A DNA stretch of 64,000 nt from Auanema rhodensis (Eukaryota > Animalia > Nematoda), in assembly GCA_964057225.1 (NCBI GenBank), contig OZ059898.1, positions 10,416,001 to 10,480,000 of the forward strand, in the 5' to 3' direction. The notes under the pieces were generated by a model, which ran no database searches, was not told the DNA's origin, and saw only the letters and a list, made by a program, of their open reading frames with translations. A program made the position numbers and the translations under genes. Below, in pieces: positions 42,301 to 53,000 of the stretch. Numbering within the stretch: position 1 is the stretch's first letter; every line of letters begins with the position of its first letter.

Positions 42301-44155
42301 TACTTACTTGATTATAATATAAGTTTCCATGATTAAGATTAAACAAAGAAAAAAAATCAAAGAGAAACACTTCTTGTTTACTAATTTGATTATAACACTT
42401 GAAATTCCAACAAAAGTAAAATAAAACTGTGAAAGCGGGCGTTCCATTATGCTCCTACGTATATTGAACAGACCATTGTAGTCTGCTCAACTACGCGTAT
42501 AGTATTCCATAAGTGTAGCGGTATGGAAACAGAGCATAAGGATTACATAAGATAAGGAAATATATAGGTTTATTATACACAATACAATATCATTACAATA
42601 CAATAACAGAAGGATAAAGTAAACTACACTTACAAGACAAAGACTAATATATAAGATTAACTAAGTTAGATGCAAACCGTCCATGGGCTTGCAAAGGGGC
42701 GAACTCCCGAATAGGGGCATGAGGGAAGGCGGTGCCATTCCACATTCCTCTAGTCGGTCTGGCTCTAACCCTGCAGTTACATATATAGAGTCTCCGAATG
42801 GAACGTGCCCTTTTTCAAAGATTGTCGCGACCTCGCGATATTTTAAACAAAAATTTGGGCTTATATGTAACTGAGTTTTAGAGTTCAATTGTTTTAGCTT
42901 CACAATAACTAATTGTAAGTTTTAGAAAATAATTAAAAATTAGTTCTCTCTACTATTAACTGATTGTCGGCTAAAATATGGTAACAGTTTTTATAAAAAG
43001 GTTCTATGATTAGGATTAAACAAAAAAAAGAATCAAAAAGAAACACTTCTTGTTTACTTACGTGATTATAATACTTGAAATTCAAAAAAAAGTAAAAAAC
43101 AATTGAGAAAGCGACATAAACAATTGAACGATTTGAAGAGAATTGTAAGTTTTAGAAAAGAATTAAAGTTCAGCTATCTCTACTATTAACTGATTATCGG
43201 CTAAAATAAGGTAACAGTTTTTATTGAAAATTTCCATGATTAAGATTAAACAAAGAAAAAAAATCAAAGAGAAACACTTCTTGTTTACTTATTTGATTAT
43301 AATACTTGAATTCAAAAAAAAGTAAAAAACAATTGAGAAAGCGACATAAACAGTTGAACGATTTGAAGAGAATTGTAAGTTTTAGAAAATAATTAAAAAT
43401 TAGTTCTCTCTACTATTAACTGATTGTCGGCTAAAATATGGTAACAGTTTTTATAAAAACACAATAAGGTAACAGTTTTTATTGAAAGTTTCCATGATTA
43501 AGATTAAACAAAAAAAAAAGGATCAAAAAGAAACACTTCTTGTTTACTTACTTGATTATAATATAAGTTTCCATGATTAAGATTAAACAAAGAAAAAAAA
43601 TCAAAGAGAAACACTTCTTGTTTACTAATTTGATTATAACACTTGAAATTCCAACAAAAGTAAAATAAAACTGTGAAAGCGGGCGTTCCATTATGCTCCT
43701 ACGTATATTGAACAGACCATTGTAGTCTGCTCAACTACGCGTATAGTATTCCATAAGTGTAGCGGTATGGAAACAGAGCATAAGGATTACATAAGATAAG
43801 GAAATATATAGGTTTATTATACACAATACAATATCATTACAATACAATAACAGAAGGATAAAGTAAACTACACTTACAAGACAAAGACTAATATATAAGA
43901 TTAACTAAGTTAGATGCAAACCGTCCATGGGCTTGCAAAGGGGCGAACTCCCGAATAGGGGCATGAGGGAAGGCGGTGCCATTCCACATTCCTCTAGTCG
44001 GTCTGGCTCTAACCCTGCAGTTACATATATAGAGTCTCCGAATGGAACGTGCCCTTTTTCAAAGATTGTCGCGACCTCGCGATATTTTAAACAAAAATTT
44101 GGGCTTATATGTAACTGAGTTTTAGAGTTCAATTGTTTTAGCTTCACAATAACTA
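14966..44155 (-). repeat. Higher-order tandem array of 24 units, mostly 1244 bp: gypsy LTR (366 bp) + 106 bp PPT/3' UTR + ~772 bp satellite
   Basis: The marker ORF recurs 24 times from 15187 to 43905 with period 1244; exceptions are 1014, 1243 and 1581. The first 472 bp of each unit (e.g. 14966-15437) match 46411-46882 of the full element. No tRNA in the unit. Confidence 0.97.
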
Positions 44156-46410
44156 ATTGTAAGTTTTAGAAAATAATTAAAAATTAGTTCTCTCTACTAT
44201 TAACTGATTGTCGGCTAAAATATGGTAACAGTTTTTATAAAAAGGTTCTATGATTAGGATTAAACAAAAAAAAGAATCAAAAAGAAACACTTCTTGTTTA
44301 CTTACGTGATTATAATACTTGAAATTCAAAAAAAAGTAAAAAACAATTGAGAAAGCGACATAAACAATTGAACGATTTGAAGAGAATTGTAAGTTTTAGA
44401 AAAGAATTAAAGTTCAGCTATCTCTACTATTAACTGATTATCGGCTAAAATAAGGTAACAGTTTTTATTGAAAATTTCCATGATTAAGATTAAACAAAGA
44501 AAAAAAATCAAAGAGAAACACTTCTTGTTTACTTATTTGATTATAATACTTGAATTCAAAAAAAAGTAAAAAACAATTGAGAAAGCGACATAAACAGTTG
44601 AACGATTTGAAGAGAATTGTAAGTTTTAGAAAATAATTAAAAATTAGTTCTCTCTACTATTAACTGATTGTCGGCTAAAATATGGTAACAGTTTTTATTA
44701 AAAGTTTCCATGATTAAGATTAAACAAAGAAAAAAAATCAAAAAGAAACACTTCTTGTTTACTTACTTGATTATAATACTTGAAATTGAAAAAAAAGTAA
44801 AAAACAATTGAGAAAGCGGGTAAAACTGTTGAACTAAAACAGTCTTTATAAAATATAAATGATATTTTTTTATAAAAGTGAAGTTGCATCGGCCCGGAAT
44901 CGAACCCGGGTCGCCCGCGTGGCAGGCGAGCATTCTACCACTGAACCACCGATGCTTCGAAAATGTTAGATTGTTTCCGAAAAATTATGAAAAGTCAAGT
45001 TCTACTGATTTGAAGAGAATTGTAAGTTTTAGAAAATAATTAAAAATTAGTTCTCTCTACTATTAACTGATTGTCGGCTAAAATATGGTAACAGTTTTTA
45101 TAAAAACACAATAAGGTAACAGTTTTTATTGAAAGTTTCCATGATTAAGATTAAACAAAAAAAAAAGGATCAAAAAGAAACACTTCTTGTTTACTTACTT
45201 GATTATAATACTTGAAATTCCAAAAACAGTAGAATAAAATAGAGAAAGCGACAAAAACAGTTGAACGATTTGAAGACAATTGTAAGTTTTAAAAAATAAT
45301 TAAAAATTAGTTCTCTCTACTATTAACTGATTGTCGGCTAAAATATGGTAACAGTTTTTATAAAAAGGTTCTATGATTAGGATTAAACAAAAAAAAGAAT
45401 CAAAAAGAAACACTTCTTCTTTACTTACTTGATTATAATACTTAAAATTCAAAAAAAAGTAAAAAACAATTGAGAAAGCGACATAAACAGTTGAACGATT
45501 TAAAGAGAATTGTAAGTTTTAGAAAAGAATTAAAGTTCAGCTATCTCTACTTTTAACTGATTAACGGCTAAAATAAGGTAACAGTTTTTATTGAAAATTT
45601 CCGTGATTAAGATTAAACAAAGAGAGAAAAATCAAAGAGAAACACTTCTTGTTTACTTATTTGATTATAACACTTGAAATTCCAACAAAAGTAAAGTAAA
45701 ACTGTTGAAGCGAGTAAAACTGTTGAATGATTTGAAGACAATTGTAAGTTGAAGAAAAAAATTGAAGTTTAGCTCTCTCTACTATTAACTGAATGTCGGC
45801 TAAAATATAGTAACAGTTTTTATTAAAAGTTTCCATGATTAAGATTAAACAAAGAAGAAAAAATCAAAGAGAGACACTTCTTGTTTACTTATTTGATTAT
45901 AATACTTGAAATTCCAAAAACAGTAAAATAAAATTGAGAAAGCGACAAAAACAGTTGAACGATTTGAAGAGAATTGTAAGTTTAAGAAAAGATTTAAAGT
46001 TTAGCTTTGTCTACTATTAACTGATTATCGGCTGAAATATGGTGACAGTTTTTTATTAAAAGTTTCCATGATTAAGATTAAATAAAGAAAAAAAAATCAA
46101 AGAGAAACACTTCTTGTTTACTAATTTGATTATAACACTTGAAATTCCAACAAAAGTAAAGTAAAACTGTTAAAGCGAGTAAAACTGTTGATCAATTTGA
46201 AGACAATTGTAAGTTGAAAAAAAAAATTAAAGTTTAGCTCTCTCTACTATTAACTGAATGTCGGCTAAAATATGATAACAGTTTTTATTAAAAGTTTCCA
46301 TGATTAAGATTAAACAAAGAAAAAAAATCAAAGAGAAACACTTCTTGTTTACTAATTTGATTATAACACTTGAAATTCCAACAAAAGTAAAATAAAACTG
46401 TGAAAGCGGG
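44156..46410. repeat. ~230-bp satellite between the LTR array and the full element; largely a duplicate of ~13250-14965
   Basis: Constant offset of 31445 bp for three marker ORFs and for the variant tRNA. Confidence 0.92.
44885..44955 (-). tRNA. tRNA-Gly (GCC), T-stem mismatch variant
   Basis: Same ggcccggaat variant as 13440-13510. Confidence 0.85.
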
Positions 46411-46776
46411 CGTTCCATTATGCTCCTACGTATATTGAACAGACCATTGTAGTCTGCTCAACTACGCGTATAGTATTCCATAAGTGTAGCGGTATGGAAA
46501 CAGAGCATAAGGATTACATAAGATAAGGAAATATATAGGTTTATTATACACAATACAATATCATTACAATACAATAACAGAAGGATAAAGTAAACTACAC
46601 TTACAAGACAAAGACTAATATATAAGATTAACTAAGTTAGATGCAAACCGTCCATGGGCTTGCAAAGGGGCGAACTCCCGAATAGGGGCATGAGGGAAGG
46701 CGGTGCCATTCCACATTCCTCTAGTCGGTCTGGCTCTAACCCTGCAGTTACATATATAGAGTCTCCGAATGGAACG
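46411..46776 (-). repeat. 3' LTR of the gypsy element
   Basis: Direct repeat of 57621-57986 with a 9-bp terminal inverted repeat CGTTCCATT/AATGGAACG. Confidence 0.96.
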
Positions 46777-46787
46777 TGCCCTTTTTC
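46777..46787 (-). promoter_or_regulatory. Polypurine tract
   Basis: Minus strand GAAAAAGGG-CA directly before the 3' LTR. Confidence 0.8.
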
Positions 46788-47019
46788 AAAGATTGTCGCG
46801 ACCTCGCGATATTTTAAACAAAAATTTGGGCTTATATGTAACTGAGTTTTAGAGTTCAATTGTTTTAGCTTCACAATAACTATAGTATGATAGAGTTTTA
46901 ATTAGTATAAAAACAAAATTACAATAATTTATAAGAAGGGTTCGATATAATATAAAGTAACGATGAATTAGAATATTATTAATTTCATAAATTAATTCTC
47001 TTAATATTGAAGCATTTCC

Positions 47020-50000
47020 TCAAGAAGCATCTATGCTATCCTTGTTGTTCCTGTTGATCACTTCTATTATTTCGATGTCGCTATCTTCTTCTGCTTGACT
47101 TTCTCGAAACCTTGCGCGAGTGTTGTAAGAGATGTTTTGTGAAGCAGGAGAGAAGATTTTCAAGTTATCTTTGTGGATATCTTGTAGTTTTCCTGATGAA
47201 TTTCTGATTTGAACTTTTGATCCTTCTACGTTGATGACTTCGTATGGTCCATCATAGCTTTTCCGAAGCTTTTGGCCGATTTGGTGTGATTTTATAGTCG
47301 TCATCACCATGTCGCCCGATTGAATGTCTCTATGGTGTGTTCTTTGCGTTCTATCCTTCTTCTTTTTCGCATTTTCTTGATTTTTAGCTATGCGGTTCTT
47401 TATTATTTCGTCTCTCTTGTCCATATCTGGTCTTCTTTGGAGTAATTCTTCAGAAATTTCTTGAATCTGAGTGATCGTTTCTGGTAATTCAGCGTCCATT
47501 GACATTCTGCATTCTTTACCAAATAATGCAATGTATGGCGCAATCCCTGTAGTCGCGTGCTGAATATTGTTGATAGCAAAAGTGATTTTTGGTAATACAG
47601 TATCCCAGTCACTAAGGTCCTCTTTTAAGTAGTGGGTTAATCCTTCTTCGAGGGTTCTGTGAAGTCTTTCCACTTGTCCATTTGAGTTCTTTTGGTGTGG
47701 TAGTGTTGGTTCATGTTTGATTCCAAGTTTAGTACACATTTCTTCGAACTTTTTAGATACAAAGTTCGAACCTCTATCGGTGATCAAGCGATGGGGTGGT
47801 CCAAAAATGTAAACGAAATGTCTTAGAAATCGGTCAATTGTGATTTCCGTTGTTATTTGTGGTACAGCAATTGTTGTTGACCATTTTGTAAATGCGTCTT
47901 GCATGGTAATGACGTAGGTACAGTTTCTTTTTGAAGGGGGAAATGGTCCCATTACGTCCATGTGGACTCGTTCAAATGGCTTGCTTGGTATCTCAAAATG
48001 ACCTATTGGTTGTACCGTCATGGAATGTGGATCTTTTTTTCTTTGAGCACATTTAATGCAGTTCTTGATAAATATAGTAATGTCGTTCTGCATATTTGTC
48101 CAATAGAATCTTCTTAGAATTGCTTCTTTTGTTTTAATAATTCCTTGATGTGCTGCAATTGTAGGATCCTCATGAAAAACTTTGATTATTTCCTCAATTA
48201 TGGGGTGTTCTTGTGGTATTACGATAGCGGGTTGTGGCTTTTTGTCTGTTGGTTTTGTATAGAGCAAGTCATTTATGACACAATATCTGTCATTAGCTGT
48301 CATGTTCTTTTGTGCTCTATATTCAATCTCCGCTATCGTCCGTTTAATCCAAGGGGTGTTTAGTTGAATTTCCTTTATTGTTGGTGTATTTATGGCGTTA
48401 ATGTGAATTTCTTCTATTTTCTTCTTCTTTGTTTCCGGCTTAGCATCGTTAGCTTCTTCACCTATATATCGAGATAGAGCATCGCATACTTTATTTAATT
48501 GGCCTGCGCGATATTTTATTTCAATATCATATTCTTGGATGACCAGCTGGAACTTCGCAAGACGACCAAATAAGTCTCTGCGTGTCATTAAGCTGGTAAG
48601 GGGTCGATGGTCCGTAATACATATAGTATGAGTTCCAAGAATGTATGTACGGAATTGATTTAATGCATATACAAGGCCTAATGCTTCTATCTCGATTGGT
48701 GCGTAGTTACGTTCGGCTTTAACTAGTTTTCTGCTTGCAAATGCGATAGGGTGTAGATTTTTCAGAGGTTGTTTTGGATCTTCCGGTTGTAATAATACAG
48801 CACCTATGGCGATGTTACTACCGTCGCTTTCAACTATAAACAAGCGGTCCGATTTAGGTGGGCTTAAAACGGGTGCCTGTATTAAACTTCTTTTAAGGAG
48901 GTCTAAAGCTTCTTTATGTTTGTTTTCCCATTTGAATTCAGTATCTGCCTTTGTCAGATCGTATAAAGGGCTTGCGATACGTGCAAAATCTTTCATGAAT
49001 TTGCGAAAGAATCCAACCATTCCCAAGAATGCTCGTACACCTGTTGCATTCTTTGGTGCCGGATAATCTTGTATGGCGGCGACTTTTTGAGGGTCAGGTT
49101 TTATACCTTGACGTCCTACAATAAGTCCTAGAAATTTCACTTCTGGTTGAGCAAAAGCGCATTTCTTAAGCTTTATCTTCATTCCCAATTCTTCTACTGC
49201 TTGCAGTAAATCATCGATATCTTTGAGATGTTGTTCTCTTGTATCAGATATAACTAATAGATCGTCCAAATAAACAAATAGTTTACAAGAACATTTACTT
49301 TGCAAATACCTTACTGCTGTTTGAAAGGTATGAGGGGCTCCACAAAGGCCCATCGGCATCCGTTTGTACTGGTATGTGCCGGATGTGGTCGTAAATGCTG
49401 TTAGGGGTCGATCTGATTTTCTCAAGGATATTTGAAAAAATCCTGACACTAAATCGAAGTTTGAGAAAAATTGGGCGCCTGCTGCCAAATCAACTATGTC
49501 AGAAATGCTTGGAATGACATAAGTTTGCTTGCGTGTGACATTATTTAAAGCTCGAAAATCTGTCACAAACCTATACGTGTCATCTTTCTTCTTAACTAGT
49601 ACTACAGGGCTATTAAATAGAGATGTAGAAGGCTCTATTATGCCTTGCTCAAGCATTTCTTTGACTTGTTTTTCAATTTCTTCCTGTTTTCCTAAGGGAA
49701 TACGTGTTATTCTCGGCTTTGGCATATCCATATCTGTTCTCAATGGTATGGTATGCTCTATAGGACCTTTAAATAAGCCTATTTTCCTGTCCTCGTTAAG
49801 AAATGCCTCACGATAGCTTTCAATTATTTTTGTAAGCTCATGTTTTTCTTCTTTCATGAGATCAGCATTCTCTAGATCAAGATCTTTTATGAAGTCTCTT
49901 GGAAAATATGGTAGTTTACTCTCCCAATCGGCTTCTGGCGGAACATATGGTAGAATTGGCTTATGCTTAAAGGGTTCACAAGCCGGAATTTCTCCAATTA

Positions 50001-53000
50001 TTGCCTGTCCAATGACTGAATTAGCTTCCATAGCTATTGTTTCATCGGTATCGTTACGGAACATAACATATACTCCACTGGTATCACGAAACGCAGTTGG
50101 ATATAATGATTTTAATGCGCTTCCACTATCCCCTAAGACAACCACTTCGTTAGATTCTAGTGGTTTATCTGTCTTTATTGGGATAGGTGCCTCTTCATCA
50201 GGCTTTAATGTTTTTGTTCTTAAATTAATGATATTCACAGTTATCTCCGTATGCTTAATAGATTCGTTTCCTATTAATGGGATGGCATTGTTTCCAATCT
50301 CCAACCTCTTCTTGGATGGTTTAAGGCTGACGTCGATGTTTTCGCTGTCAAGCGCTTTCATGAAATCTAGTCCAATTAAAGCGGGAGCAGGACAGTCATG
50401 ATCGTTTGAGACCAAAAAGGTGTGTTCGATCTCGTAGCCGGCAATTTCAATTACAAGATTTATCTTTCCATAAAATGTGAAAGTGGACTTGTTGGCTGCC
50501 ATCGCTACTAAATGTCTCTTCTTGACATTTTCGGCCATGTTCAGATATTTGAGGGTGGAGAGCCTAACATATGACACTGATGAGCCTGAATCCCATAAAG
50601 CTAAAATCAGTTTATCTTCAACTGATATATATATTAATGGTAACTTTGTTTCCGCTGATGCAATAGAAGCAACAAATGGTATTGCGATTGGAATAAATGT
50701 TACTAAAGCAGGATAGTATTGCTTCATGATGTTATCTGGCATCTGTTGGTCTGGGCGGCTTACAAGTTCCAATGTTTCTTCATAGCCTGGGGGCTCATTA
50801 TCTATTTCATGGACATGCATTACGGTTAGTGGAGTGGCTCTGAAGAACCAAAATTTAGCAACAACGAAAAAAATTATTAATACTGCGGCAATCGTGACTA
50901 TTGATCCTATAAAGATGAGTGTTCTCTCAATTGAACCTATTAGAAATTGTTTTACGCTAGTCCAGGCGGAAGTTGTGAACTCAGCTGCTTTAGAGATATA
51001 GTCACTGCCCTTTTTCAAAAGATTAAAGGCTGACGTAATCTTTGGATCGTTGTGAATAGTATGTAAAACATGGTTCTGTCGTATGGATGCTAAACTTGCT
51101 CCATATGCAATAGCTGTTGACATTGAGTAAACTCTCAATGATAAATTGGTGTATAAGTTAGCGCCTGTGAACTTTAAAGGTGTTAATTGGTGGTATTGCG
51201 CTTTATCAAAGAGTGATATTGGTTTTACTTCAACCGATCCATTTATATTTATCCATTCTCCATTTTGATAGTACACATCTGTTGGTACATGTTCGCAATC
51301 TATCTCTTTTCCATGTGTTAATAAGTCTCTTGATCCTGGAGCAGCAAAATATAATCTCTCATCTTCTGTTATTACTGGTGTTTCCAAATAGCATGTATCA
51401 TTGATCTTATGATTATGATAAACAGCTTTAGGTTGAAGAGGTAAGCATATATGAACATGAACTATATCGCTGCCTACGAAACGGGCTGCAATATCCTCTC
51501 TTCCTAAAATAGTCCTCATTGCTATTGTGGGTTCTATGTGTAAAATAGAACGCCATAGCTCGAGGTATCTATTTTGAATCTCACATATGGATTCATAAGA
51601 TTCCATAAAATGTTTCTGTAGCTCTTCTTGTATGAGTGTTGTTGTATATTGTAGATGATCTTGAGCTATTCTGCGAGATACGTTGAGGTTGAATTGTATT
51701 TCGTTGTTCACTTTTGACGCTGTATACGTTGCCTGAGCCTGAATTTCTCTGGTTTCTACGGGTGGAGATGATGTTCTTTGTTTCCTTAAGGTTCGTGACG
51801 CCGTGTCAGTGACTGTTGCTAATGTTGTTGGCGAGAGAGTAGTAGTTATCACGGCTGTTGTCGTGTCAACTATGGTTGTCGTCGGAATCCGAGTCGTATA
51901 GCTTATAGTTGTCTCCTGAACTAGTGAAGCGGGTTTGTCCGTTGTTGTCGTTAATGACAGTCTTCTAGTCAGATAAGGCGGTGTTTCAATATCCTCTAAC
52001 AGTGGTAAAAATGTTTTTATAAGTAGCTGGCGTGTATCCGCGCTTGGGGTTTGAATGCGAGGGTGGGGGCCCATCGATATACCGTAGTTAGAATCTTTAT
52101 CTCGATATAGTTTGTTGGTATCTGGCACATTGATTGTTAATTGTCGGAACTTTTCATCATCTACGGCTGCTGCTGTTTTATTTGGCCTTATTACTCGCAA
52201 TGTCATCAAGTTATGGTATAAGTAAAGTGTATTTCTAAGTACTATACGCTCATCAGCATTGTCAGTTGTTAAAGTTGGTCGGATAGGCGGCATGTTCACA
52301 AAGGATTTTAAAACCTCTTGCCTTGATGGTACCGACAGATTGTTTTCAAATATTACCGGTGTATAAGCTAGCTCCATCGCTATGCTTTCGGCTCTTTCGC
52401 GGTAGGATCCGTCCTTTTCTAGTAGTTTTTCGTCAAATTCGTGTGCTGTTAATCTGTCACCTATCTGTTCTAATAATTGTTTTGAGGTTAAATACCGTAT
52501 AGCGCCGCGAGTGGTTGCTGCCAGTTCCTTTTGCGCAAGAAAATAAAGTATTGCTTCCTCAGGGTCGTGTATTTCGTATGTTTGAAGGAAACGTTGTATG
52601 GATTTATCAGATACGGGACTTCTTAAGAAGAAATAAAACTTCTCGGGATGTGCTGAAACCCAATCAATAATTGAATATGAAGGGTTGACAGCTCGTCTGG
52701 CCTTTATAAGCGGTATTATCTGATAAATACCAGGATTACTCATCACCGGTCGTAAGAAAGGATAAGGACAAATATTTAATATTAAAGTTTCAAAATCTTC
52801 CTGTTTTTGTATCCACTCCTTGTTTAATTCAACCGTGCATTCCGCAATTGCTTTTTTATCTCTTTTCGCCGGAAGTTTCTTATATTCTCTCTCTATTAAA
52901 ACATGGATATTGGTGTCATTTGGGTACTGTGGTAAGAGAATGTAATTGCCAGTTGTGGTGTGGAAGATTGGCTGTTTAAAACAAGAAGATATTTGCTTCG

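Noticed and set aside
14966-44155. CRISPR-like array or tandem TRIM mini-retrotransposons
   Set aside because: No unique spacers or cas genes, and the context is eukaryotic. Units have LTR and PPT but no PBS and keep the host junction, so DNA-level amplification explains them.
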